The position numbers were made by a program, and so were the translations under genes. The notes beneath the pieces are model-generated. The model made no database searches and had not been told where the DNA came from. It worked only from the letters and a program-made list of their open reading frames with translations. This document shows positions 36,489-44,981 of a DNA stretch of 47,757 nt, one piece after another. Each line of letters begins with the position of its first letter. Position 1 is the first letter of the stretch. This DNA comes from a virus (lineage: Duplodnaviria > Caudoviricetes), in IMG/VR virus record IMGVR_UViG_3300038809_000016, positions 1-47,757 of that record; one strand, given 5' to 3'.

Positions 36489-36771
36489 GAAAACCGAGGA
36501 CCCCGGGATCGGGCACAACAGCGAGAACACCGTGGCGGGCGCCGAGCTTCGCTCGTTCATCGAACGTATAGAACGACTGGAGGAGGAGAAGGCCGGCATC
36601 GCCGGGGACATCAAGGAGGTCTTCGCGGAGCTGAAAGGTCGTGGCTTCGACGCCAAGGCCGTCCGCGAGATCTTGCGCCGTCGCCGGCAGGATCAATCGG
36701 AGCTGCAAGAGTTCGCGGCGATTGTTGAGCTGTACTGTCAGGCTCTCGGGATGAACAATGTCTTCGCGTGA
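36481..36771 (+). CDS. gapR: GapR/DUF2312 nucleoid-associated protein
   Basis: GIGHNS; ELRSFIERIERLEEEKAGIAGDIKEVFAELKGRGFD; ELY..ALGM. Confidence 0.92.
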   Translation: MAKKTEDPGIGHNSENTVAGAELRSFIERIERLEEEKAGIAGDIKEVFAELKGRGFDAKAVREILRRRRQDQSELQEFAAIVELYCQALGMNNVFA

Positions 36772-36958
36772 TAACGACTTCGACCCGGCCGCAGAGGATC
36801 GTCTGCGGCCGGCCAGCGGGATACTCAAGGCGATAATCGCCGTGATCGTCCTCTGGGCCCTGTTCTTCTGGTGGCTGCTGACCGCCGGGGCTCCTCCGGA
36901 GTTCCCGGTCCGGCCCCACCAGAGGGGCATGATGATCGAGCACTCCACCCAATCATGA
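36758..36958 (+). CDS. Small single-TM protein
   Basis: ILKAIIAVIVLWALFFWWLL. Confidence 0.55.
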   Translation: MSSRDNDFDPAAEDRLRPASGILKAIIAVIVLWALFFWWLLTAGAPPEFPVRPHQRGMMIEHSTQS

Positions 36959-37018
36959 CTTGTAGCGGCGCTCCGGCGCCGCTACAGCGTTGTGTGGCCC
37001 TCTAACGAAAGACCTGCC

Positions 37019-37525
37019 ATGTCCGACAATGACGACCTCCCCGGATACCTCCGCGACGCCTTCGACGCCGCCCTCGACGCCGGCCTCCTCTCGCTCCAGC
37101 TCGTCCGCGTCGGCGCGGGCGACGCGAAGATGTGGCAGGCCTCGACCCGCTTCCCGAAGTCGAGCGGCTACCACGTCGAGATCCTGGCGAGCCCCTACGA
37201 CGCCATGATGCACGCGCTCGGCGCCCACGTCCGCCTCGCGAAGGGCCTGGACGACAGCCCCGCCTCGAAGGCCCTGGCCGCGGGCGGGCCGCGCCGGCAC
37301 GTCCTCTGGCGCACGGCCGACAAGGACCGGCCGAAGCCGATCTGCGACGCCAACGGCGAAGTGGTGCTCGGCCAGTGTAAAGTTTGCGGCATGGCCGAGA
37401 TCGAGCTGGACATGGAGCCCGTCTGCCCCGGGCCGCGCGAGCCCGACGTGAAGCCCGAGCCGTCCTTCGTGGAGGACATCAAGGGCGACGACCCCGACCT
37501 CGACGTGGCGGCCCTGTTCGACTGA
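37019..37525 (+). CDS. Hypothetical protein with CxxC motif
   Basis: ICDANGEVVLGQCKVCG...C; ends AALFD. Confidence 0.7.
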   Translation: MSDNDDLPGYLRDAFDAALDAGLLSLQLVRVGAGDAKMWQASTRFPKSSGYHVEILASPYDAMMHALGAHVRLAKGLDDSPASKALAAGGPRRHVLWRTADKDRPKPICDANGEVVLGQCKVCGMAEIELDMEPVCPGPREPDVKPEPSFVEDIKGDDPDLDVAALFD

Positions 37526-37527
37526 TC

Positions 37528-38043
37528 GTGGACCCGTTCGACCCGAGGACATGGGAGTTGGACGAGGCACCGGATGCGGTGGCCTTCCTCCAGCTCTCCA
37601 GCCGTATAGACTGCTACTGCATCCTCGACCGCCAGGACTACGAGTGGGCGAAGCTCCTGCCCTGGTGCCACACGTTCGGAAGCGGGTCGTTCGACCCGGA
37701 GACGTGGACGATTGATCGCCCGGATGGGATCTACGCCCGCCGGTCGGTCCCGATCCCGGGGCGCCTGACACCTTCCGGCCGGCCCGCCTACGGGAACGAG
37801 TGGCTGCACCGCCGCATCCTGACCCGTTGGCAGGGGCCACCGCCAGACCCCTCGTGGGTCGGGGACCATATAAACGGCGACACGCTCGATAATAGAAGGA
37901 TCAATCTGCGATGGGCGTCGAAGTCTCTAAACGCTCAGAACACCGTGAAATACCGGGAGAAGCATGGCGTCCTCTGCCCCGAGATCCTCGATACTTGGTA
38001 TCGACCCACGGTAGAGTGCGAGGACCCTCTGGGCGCATTCTGA
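37528..38043 (+). CDS. HNH endonuclease
   Basis: WLHRRIL, GDHINGDTLDNRRINLR. Confidence 0.85.
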   Translation: MDPFDPRTWELDEAPDAVAFLQLSSRIDCYCILDRQDYEWAKLLPWCHTFGSGSFDPETWTIDRPDGIYARRSVPIPGRLTPSGRPAYGNEWLHRRILTRWQGPPPDPSWVGDHINGDTLDNRRINLRWASKSLNAQNTVKYREKHGVLCPEILDTWYRPTVECEDPLGAF

Positions 38044-38423
38044 GCCCCGGTCGCATGTCCGGAGGCCACATGTCCGTGGCGATCGGCCGGGGCAACTCTC
38101 GTTGCGTTCACGCCCTGGTGCTGGAGGCCTTCGTCGGTCCCTGCCCGCCCGGCCAGGAAGGCCTCCACCGGGACGGCGTTCACGCGCACAACGCCCTCGG
38201 AAACCTCCACTACGGGACGCGGCAGCGGAACAGCCTGGACAAGAAGCTCCACGGTGTGCTCGATCCGTCCAAGCCCCTATCGACCGGCGATGTCGTGGAG
38301 ATCGGGCTTATCCTCCGCGACCGCACGGACACAAGATCTCAACGCCAGCTCGCCAAAGAGTTCGGCGTGTCCGAAAGCATGATAAGCAAGATTAAGCTCG
38401 GAAAGGCGTGGCAGCATGTCTAG
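37911..38423 (+). CDS. NUMOD4-HNH endonuclease with C-terminal HTH
   Basis: EAWRPLP..YLVSTHGRVR; VHALVLEAFVGP; LHRDG..HN...NL; LAKEFGVSESMISKIK. Confidence 0.85.
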   Translation: MGVEVSKRSEHREIPGEAWRPLPRDPRYLVSTHGRVRGPSGRILSPGRMSGGHMSVAIGRGNSRCVHALVLEAFVGPCPPGQEGLHRDGVHAHNALGNLHYGTRQRNSLDKKLHGVLDPSKPLSTGDVVEIGLILRDRTDTRSQRQLAKEFGVSESMISKIKLGKAWQHV

Positions 38424-40623
38424 CATTGAGTGCGAGATCGACTTTGAGACCAAGAGCGAGGTCGATATCAGGCAGGAGGGCGCGTATCGCTACGCCGTCC
38501 ATAAGTCCACGCGCGTCCTGATGGCGAGCTACAGCTTCGACGGCGGCCAGACGATCAAGCGCTGGAACCCGAAAGACCCGTGCCCGGACGATATAGCCGA
38601 GCACATCTTCAACGGCGGGACGATCGTCGCGCACAACGCCAATTTCGAGCGGCTCATCATCGCCTACGTCTGCGTTCCGCGGCACGGCTGGCCGCAGCCC
38701 GATATCCAGCAGTTCCGCTGCACCGCCGCCACCGCAGCCGCGCTCGCCCTGCCCCGAGACCTCGGCACCCTGGGCACCGTGCTCGACCTGCCCGTCCAGA
38801 AGAACGAGGACGGCAAGGCTCTCATCAAGAAGTTCTCGCAGCCGCGCAACTTCATCGCCAAGGACCGCAAGTTCTGGGGCGCCGATATGCCCGAAATGAC
38901 GGTCTGGAACGAACCGGAGGATCACCCCGAGGATTGGGAGAAGTTCTGGAATTACTGCGACGACGACGTGCGTACCGAGGCCGGGGCGCGCAAGGTCATG
39001 CAGAAGCTCCGGACGCGCTGCCAGGAGATCTACTGGCTCAACGAGAAGATTAACGATCGCGGCATCCGGATCGACCTCGTGAGCGCCAAAGCCGCTCTAC
39101 TCCTGGTGGATCGCGCCAAAGCCCGCCTCGACCGCGAGCTGCGCGAGGTGACGCGAGGGGCGGTGGCCTCCTGTTCCCAGGTCGAGAAGCTCAAGGAGTG
39201 GCTGACCGACGAGTGGGGCGTGGACGTGGCGTCCCTCGGCAAGGCCGATATCGAAGACCTGCTGGAGATGGGGAACAACGCCCTGCCGGACGCGCCGCGC
39301 CGGGCGATCGAGTTGCGCCGGGACTATGCGAAGGCCTCGACCTCGAAGCTCAAGGCCTTCCTGGCGCGAGCTGGAGCTGACGGCCGCATTCGAGGCGCGA
39401 TCAGCTTCCGGGGCGCCGGCACGGGACGCTACACGTCGGTCGGCGCCCAGGTCCACAACCTGCCCCGGCCGCGCAAGGAGTTCGGCGACGCGCATCTCGA
39501 CGCCGCCGTGAGCTTCTGGGCGATGCGGCACGCCTCCCCCGAGCTGCTGGACCTGTTCTACGGCCACCCGCTCGGCTCGGCCCTCAACTTCATCTCCGAC
39601 AACATGCGCGGCTTCATCTGGGCCGGCCCAGGTAACGAGCTGCTCGCCGCAGACTATTCCGGTATCGAGGGCGCGATCCAGGCGTGGTTCGCCGGAGAGG
39701 ATTGGAAGGTCAAAGCTCTGTTCGACCTGATCGCCGACCCGAGCCTGCCCGACATGTACAGGCGCGCCGCGGCCGGCATCTTCAACACGACTACGGACCT
39801 GCTGACGAAGAAGGACGTGCGCCGGCAGATCGGCAAGGTGTCTGAGCTGTCGCTGGGCTACCAGGGCGGCGTCAACGCCTTCCTGTCCATGGCGAAGAAC
39901 TACCTGCTCAAGCTCGGCCCGATCTACCAGCCGGCGTGGGACGCAGCGACGCCCGAGGTCCGCGAGCGCGCCTCGAAGCGCTACGAGGAGTGCGTGAAGC
40001 GCGGCGAGAAGCTGACGAAGCTCCTGACCCGGGAGGAGTGGATCGGCGCCGAGATCGTCAAGGTCGGCTGGCGCGCCACGCACCCGGCGATCGTCAAGGC
40101 GTGGAAGCTGCTGGAGGACGCCGCCAAGGAGGCGGTGATGTTCCCGGGGCGCGCCGTCCCGTGCCTCAAGGTCTCGTTCATCGTCCGGAGGGGCTTCCTC
40201 TGGTGCCTGCTGCCGTCCGGCCGCTGCCTCGCCTACGGCGCCCCGGCCATCCGCGAGGTCGTGGTCCCGTGGGCGGACATGGAGGTCGAGCTGGAGGCCC
40301 GCGAGCGCCGGCCGGCCGTGACCTTCCTGGGCGTGAACCAGCAGACCCGGCAGTTCCGACGCGAGGCGCTCTACGGCGGGCTGATCTTCGAGAACGTGGT
40401 GCAGGCCATCGCCCTCGACCTCCTCGACAACGGGCTGCTGATCGCCGAGGAGGCCGGCTACAACCCGATCTTCCACGTCCACGACGAGATCGTGTGCGAG
40501 GTCCCGCAGGGCTTCGGGGACCTCGCGTGGTTTGAGCGGGCGATCTGCGAGCTGCCCGATTGGGCGGCCGGCCTGCCCCTGACCGCGAGCGGCTTCCGGG
40601 GCAAGCGCTATCGTAAGGACTAA
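38416..40623 (+). CDS. Family A DNA polymerase (APSE-like) with 3'-5' exonuclease
   Basis: IDFET, HNANFER; TGR; motif A DYSGIE; motif B RQIGKVSELSLGYQGG; motif C HDEI. Confidence 0.95.
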   Translation: MSSIECEIDFETKSEVDIRQEGAYRYAVHKSTRVLMASYSFDGGQTIKRWNPKDPCPDDIAEHIFNGGTIVAHNANFERLIIAYVCVPRHGWPQPDIQQFRCTAATAAALALPRDLGTLGTVLDLPVQKNEDGKALIKKFSQPRNFIAKDRKFWGADMPEMTVWNEPEDHPEDWEKFWNYCDDDVRTEAGARKVMQKLRTRCQEIYWLNEKINDRGIRIDLVSAKAALLLVDRAKARLDRELREVTRGAVASCSQVEKLKEWLTDEWGVDVASLGKADIEDLLEMGNNALPDAPRRAIELRRDYAKASTSKLKAFLARAGADGRIRGAISFRGAGTGRYTSVGAQVHNLPRPRKEFGDAHLDAAVSFWAMRHASPELLDLFYGHPLGSALNFISDNMRGFIWAGPGNELLAADYSGIEGAIQAWFAGEDWKVKALFDLIADPSLPDMYRRAAAGIFNTTTDLLTKKDVRRQIGKVSELSLGYQGGVNAFLSMAKNYLLKLGPIYQPAWDAATPEVRERASKRYEECVKRGEKLTKLLTREEWIGAEIVKVGWRATHPAIVKAWKLLEDAAKEAVMFPGRAVPCLKVSFIVRRGFLWCLLPSGRCLAYGAPAIREVVVPWADMEVELEARERRPAVTFLGVNQQTRQFRREALYGGLIFENVVQAIALDLLDNGLLIAEEAGYNPIFHVHDEIVCEVPQGFGDLAWFERAICELPDWAAGLPLTASGFRGKRYRKD

Positions 40624-42479
40624 AGCGGCTTGAGGAAGTATATACGGGTCGAGGCGCTGTCCGGAGCTGCGGGGTTCGGAAAGGTCGGATACATGACGAA
40701 GCGGTACTTCTCGCCGATCGTCAGTTTCCGCAGAACGTTGTTCTGGAACGTGAACCGCGTAACACCGGGCCGCCAGTCCCACTTGAAGTAGTTTCCATCC
40801 TGTTCATCGAAGTCCAGGCCGAAACCAAACTCGAAGGACCCGCTGTTGTCCGCCCAGCGCAACGTCGCGGACATGTAGTAAAGACCGGTCTCGGGCACCG
40901 TGTACCAGAAATTAGTCGTGTCCCAGAGGCTTTCAGTATCCGAAACCTTCGTCCCCATGCCAAGACGATAGAACCCGTTCTTCGGAGCGGTCCAGCCGGC
41001 ACCGTTGCCTGTGATGTCCACGAAGTGCGCCCCGGGCAAGCCGGCACTGGCGAACTTCACGAGCCTCTGGCGATTGATCCGCCCCTGCGCCCGATCGCCA
41101 CCGGCAAGGCTGTAGTCGGTCAGGACGGCGCCCAGGTCGATCCCATCCGTCGAGGCCCGAAGCATCGCCTCGTCTTGGTTCGCGGCGTTCTTGTCGATCG
41201 TCCAGCCAAGCGAGACGTTGTTCTGGAGCTGGTTCGGGCCGATGCCCTGCGCCACGGGCGTGAAGCCGTAGCTCCCGGCCGGGCCGGTGTCGCCCTTGTC
41301 GCCCTTGTCACCCTTCGCGCCTTGGATGCCCTGGATACCCTGGTCGCCCTTGGCGCCCTGGATACCCTGATCGCCCTTCGCTCCGGTGTCCCCCTTGACG
41401 CCCTGAATGCCCTGGTCGCCCTTGGCGCCGGTCGCTCCGGTATCACCCTTCGCGCCGGCCGCGCCCGTGTCGCCCTTGGCGCCGGCAGCGCCCGTGTCGC
41501 CCTTCACGCCCTGAACGCCCTGGATACCCTGGTCGCCCTTGGCCCCGGGCACGCCCTGGATACCCTGGTCGCCCTTGGCGCCCGGAGCGCCGTCCGCGCC
41601 GGCAGGTCCGGCCGCGCCGTCCGCGCCCTTGACGCCCGGCACGCCCTGCGGACCGCGGATCTGGCCGACGTTCGTGTAGCCGTTGGCGCCTGAGTTCGAC
41701 CCGCCGACGCCCGTGTAGGCGTAGCCGTCGCCGGCCGTGTAGCCGTCGCCGGACCCGGACATGATGTAGGTGTCGCCGAGCGCCGCACCGGCCGGCAGAT
41801 CGGCAGGAGAGGCCACCGTACCCTTGATCGTGACGCCGGCTCCCTGGTCGCCCTTGTCGCCCTTGTCACCCTTGTCGCCCTTGACGCCCTGGAGCCCCTG
41901 GTCGCCCTTGTCGCCCTTGGCTCCGGTGTTGCCCTGCGCGCCCTGATCGCCCTTGTCGCCCTTCGCGCCCGGAGCGCCGTCTGCGCCATCGTGTCCAGGC
42001 ACGCCCTGGAGACCGCGGTCGCCCTGGTCGCCCTTGGCGCCGGTCGCACCCGTGTCGCCCTTGTCGCCCTTCGAGCCCTGGAGCCCCTGGAGGCCTCGAT
42101 CGCCCTGGTCGCCCTTGGCGCCCTGCGCGCCGGTATCGCCCTTGATCCCCTGGATACCCTGGTCGCCCTTGTCCCCCTTGTCGCCCTTGTCGCCCTTAGT
42201 CCCCTGAGAACCAGGTTCTCCCTTGACGCCCTGGACGCCTTGGTCGCCCTTGTCCCCCTTCTGGCCCTTGTCGCCCTTCTCGCCCTTGAGGCTGGCGAGC
42301 CACTGGACGACGTTGCCATGGAACCCGTTGGCGACCGCCACGCCGTAGGCGTCGAGGGTCTGCTGGAACGCCTCGGCGATAGCGTCCAGCTCCGCGTCGA
42401 GCGCGGTCGCCGGCAGAGGCTTGTCGGGGCTGTTCGTCTGAAATCCGGAGAAGCTGTACTTGCGCTCGTAGCTGGACAC
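40620..42479 (-). CDS. Collagen-like fibre with C1q/TNF-like head
   Basis: GTG with GAGG RBS; two long G-X-Y tracts; C-terminal WDTTNFWYTVPETGLYYMSA. Confidence 0.85.
   Translation of the reverse strand: MSSYERKYSFSGFQTNSPDKPLPATALDAELDAIAEAFQQTLDAYGVAVANGFHGNVVQWLASLKGEKGDKGQKGDKGDQGVQGVKGEPGSQGTKGDKGDKGDKGDQGIQGIKGDTGAQGAKGDQGDRGLQGLQGSKGDKGDTGATGAKGDQGDRGLQGVPGHDGADGAPGAKGDKGDQGAQGNTGAKGDKGDQGLQGVKGDKGDKGDKGDQGAGVTIKGTVASPADLPAGAALGDTYIMSGSGDGYTAGDGYAYTGVGGSNSGANGYTNVGQIRGPQGVPGVKGADGAAGPAGADGAPGAKGDQGIQGVPGAKGDQGIQGVQGVKGDTGAAGAKGDTGAAGAKGDTGATGAKGDQGIQGVKGDTGAKGDQGIQGAKGDQGIQGIQGAKGDKGDKGDTGPAGSYGFTPVAQGIGPNQLQNNVSLGWTIDKNAANQDEAMLRASTDGIDLGAVLTDYSLAGGDRAQGRINRQRLVKFASAGLPGAHFVDITGNGAGWTAPKNGFYRLGMGTKVSDTESLWDTTNFWYTVPETGLYYMSATLRWADNSGSFEFGFGLDFDEQDGNYFKWDWRPGVTRFTFQNNVLRKLTIGEKYRFVMYPTFPNPAAPDSASTRIYFLKPL
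41280..42290 (-). repeat. Collagen G-X-Y coding repeats
   Basis: GDK/GDQ/GAK/GIQ 9-bp units, interrupted at about 41650-41840. Confidence 0.9.
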
Positions 42480-42571
42480 GGCGGCCTCGCGAGGTTTGGG
42501 GCGGCGGTCGCCCGGCCAGGATCTTTTACCGCATCGGCGCCGAGGCCGCCAAACCGGCCGCGGCCCGGGAC

Positions 42572-42601
42572 TTGACGGCTCCGGGTGCAGGCGGATATAG
42601 C
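42572..42601 (+). promoter_or_regulatory. Promoter TTGACG-N18-TATAGC
   Basis: Upstream of the RHH gene, divergent from the collagen gene. Confidence 0.55.
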
Positions 42602-42641
42602 AGTGCCGTTGCGGCACTCGGCCGCGTGACAGGAGATAGTC

Positions 42642-42815
42642 GTGCCCAACCGTCAGCCCCGCGGCCAGCGCCGCGTCCCCATCCATATCGACCCGTCCCT
42701 GGTCGAGCGCCTCGACGCCGTGGCCCGCCTGGAGGGCGTGTCGCGCTCGGGACTGATCGTCCGCCTCGTCCGCGAGGGCGTGTCGAAGGCCGAGAAGAAG
42801 GCCACCGCCGCGTGA
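42642..42815 (+). CDS. Ribbon-helix-helix (CopG-like) regulator, 57 aa
   Basis: Hand-translated, absent from the ORF track; AGGAG RBS; RVPIHIDPSLVERLDAVARLEGVSRSGLI. Confidence 0.85.
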   Translation: MPNRQPRGQRRVPIHIDPSLVERLDAVARLEGVSRSGLIVRLVREGVSKAEKKATAA

Positions 42816-43162
42816 GCATCGCCGCAGCCCTGATCCTCTCGGACGGCGTGACGACCCGTCTCGTCCACCCGGCCGCCATGCCGCCCGCGCTCCGCTCGGA
42901 GATCGAGTTCTTCGTGCTCTCGCAGATCGAAGACGAGCAGCGGGTCGAGGAGGCGGTGGCCTCTCTCGTGTCCACGCCGGTCACGGCCGCGCCCGCGGCG
43001 CCGGCACCCTCGCCCGCCCTGGCCCGCGCCGAGGCGCGCTCCGTCGCCAAGGCCCAAGGCTACACCGGGGACTTCTGCTCGAAGTGCAGCAGCTCCCGCG
43101 TGAAGGTGTCCGGTCACTGCACGGTCTGCGAAGACTGCGGCGAGACCTCCGGCTGCTCGTGA
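42812..43162 (+). CDS. Protein ending in an NrdJ-like Cys-rich C-terminal domain
   Basis: AKAQGYTGDFCSKC...GHCTVCEDCGETSGCS. Confidence 0.75.
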   Translation: MSIAAALILSDGVTTRLVHPAAMPPALRSEIEFFVLSQIEDEQRVEEAVASLVSTPVTAAPAAPAPSPALARAEARSVAKAQGYTGDFCSKCSSSRVKVSGHCTVCEDCGETSGCS

Positions 43163-43467
43163 TGGAAGACCCGCGCACTCTCGAAGCTCTGATCGAGCGG
43201 TTCAAGTCTACGGACGATCAGGACCCGGTGATCTCGGAGGGCGATACCTTCCGGATCTGGCGCGACGAGCTGTTCATTGACGGCGTGGACGGTCCGGACC
43301 CGAGCGGCGTCGGTTTCCGCTACGCCGACGACCTACGCATCAAGATAGTCGAGGAGGGCTACTCGCTACGTTCTAGACATCACGCAGACGACGAAGCTAC
43401 CGAATGGTGCGATCCTGTCGTGCTATCGGACTACGACAGCCTCCACGGCTGGATCTACGAGCTGTGA
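43162..43467 (+). CDS. Acidic hypothetical protein
   Basis: TGATG coupling. Confidence 0.65.
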   Translation: MEDPRTLEALIERFKSTDDQDPVISEGDTFRIWRDELFIDGVDGPDPSGVGFRYADDLRIKIVEEGYSLRSRHHADDEATEWCDPVVLSDYDSLHGWIYEL

Positions 43468-43943
43468 CCTCGATCTACCGCAAACTGTACTTGGAGGACT
43501 TGACTGTGACACCCCGCACCATGGACGAGGCCCGGCGGCTCCTGCCGCACGTTGGCTTCGCCGTCTACGCGATCGACCCGGGTGGCGTCGTCACCCTTGA
43601 GGTGATCGACCCGGACGGCGTGATCCACCCCTTCGTCGCCATGACGGAGAACGGCTGCTTCGCGCTCGCCTTCCCCGATAGCGTCGAGGAGGTCGAGCCC
43701 GGCACCTTCATGCCGCCGGAGGGCTCGCCCGCCCGCGCCGAGCTGGCCGCCTCGCTCGACGCCGAGCCGCCCGAGGTCGCCCCCGACGTGGAGGATCTCG
43801 ACCCCTCTCTGGACGCAGACGGCTACGCCAACGTAGACGGTGCGGCCCAGCGCGCCGCGTTCGCCAACGCGGAGCCTGCCGACCTCCCGACCGTGGAGAC
43901 CCCCGACGTGGATCAGGCTGCCGTTGACAGCCTTTTCGACTGA
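43464..43943 (+). CDS. Acidic hypothetical protein
   Basis: GTGA coupling; GFAVYAIDPGGVVTLEV; ends SLFD. Confidence 0.7.
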   Translation: MTSIYRKLYLEDLTVTPRTMDEARRLLPHVGFAVYAIDPGGVVTLEVIDPDGVIHPFVAMTENGCFALAFPDSVEEVEPGTFMPPEGSPARAELAASLDAEPPEVAPDVEDLDPSLDADGYANVDGAAQRAAFANAEPADLPTVETPDVDQAAVDSLFD

Positions 43944-43979
43944 ACGACCCCGCAACTGAGCAGTGATGAAAGATCAGTC

Positions 43980-44936
43980 ATGACCAACGCTAAGTTCACC
44001 CCGACTATCTGCCTCGATTGGGACGGCGTTATCCACTCCTACACTTCCGGATGGGTCAGTGTCGGCGTCATCCCCGACGCGCCCGTGCCCGGAGCGATGG
44101 ACTTCATCTTCTCGGTCATTCAGTCCGGGCAGTTCAAGCTCGCGATCCACTCGTCCCGGTCGAGCGACGTGATCGGCCTGGGCGCGATGCAGGAGTACCT
44201 GATCGAGCACATGAAGGCCTACCTCGAAGACCGCTTCACGGGCGGCCGGGCGGACACGGCCGCCCGCGAGCTGGTGTTCACCCGGATCGAGTGGCCGACC
44301 TCGAAGCCGGCGGCGTGGCTGACCCTGGACGACCGCGCCTGGACCTTCATGGGGCGGTGGCCCCTGCTGGAGGAGATCGCGGCCTTCAAGCCATGGAACA
44401 AGGTGTCCGACGCGGACCGCGGCCTCGCTGTGATGCAGCGCGCGGAGCAGCTCGGCAACGCCGAGGTGGCGGACGACGTGATCGAAGACGTGACCGAAGG
44501 CGAGGAGCCCTGGACGCTCGGCCGGGTGCTGGAGGAGGGCTTCAAGGCCGCCGGCTGGCGGTTCCCCGGCAACGCCCGGGACATCGCCCTGCTGCGGCTG
44601 GCCGAGCTGGACGAGGGCGTGACGGGACCGGCGCCCGCTCTGCCGCAGGAGCCCGAGAAGGCGTTCAGCCTCTACGACGCGATGACCCACGATCAGGTCG
44701 TGGCGTCGGGCATCCGCCGCACGGTCGGCAAGCCGCGCTCGCCGGCAGACGGCCAGGACCGCAACGCCGCGCTGTTCGACGCCCTGCCGCAGCTCCCGGT
44801 CCAGGGCACCTCGACGCTCGAAGCCGTGCTCAAGGCCGGGCTCCGGAGCCTCGCGCTCGACACCTCGGATATCTCGCTCGACCTGCTCTACACCCACCTC
44901 GTCATCCTGACTGAGAAGCTCCCCAAGGACGTGTAG
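43980..44936 (+). CDS. HAD-superfamily phosphatase-like protein with C-terminal extension
   Basis: ICLDWDGVIH (DxD), PVPGA, HSSR, KPAA..LDDRA. Confidence 0.75.
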   Translation: MTNAKFTPTICLDWDGVIHSYTSGWVSVGVIPDAPVPGAMDFIFSVIQSGQFKLAIHSSRSSDVIGLGAMQEYLIEHMKAYLEDRFTGGRADTAARELVFTRIEWPTSKPAAWLTLDDRAWTFMGRWPLLEEIAAFKPWNKVSDADRGLAVMQRAEQLGNAEVADDVIEDVTEGEEPWTLGRVLEEGFKAAGWRFPGNARDIALLRLAELDEGVTGPAPALPQEPEKAFSLYDAMTHDQVVASGIRRTVGKPRSPADGQDRNAALFDALPQLPVQGTSTLEAVLKAGLRSLALDTSDISLDLLYTHLVILTEKLPKDV

Positions 44937-44981
44937 TCCGCGGAGAACTGAAAGGAGAGGAAAGGCACAAGGTGAGTTGTC

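Noticed and set aside
38416-40623. Intein/intron in Pol A, or DNA-modification (DpoZ-type) system
   Set aside because: Continuous ORF of normal length; no purZ or base-modification genes seen.
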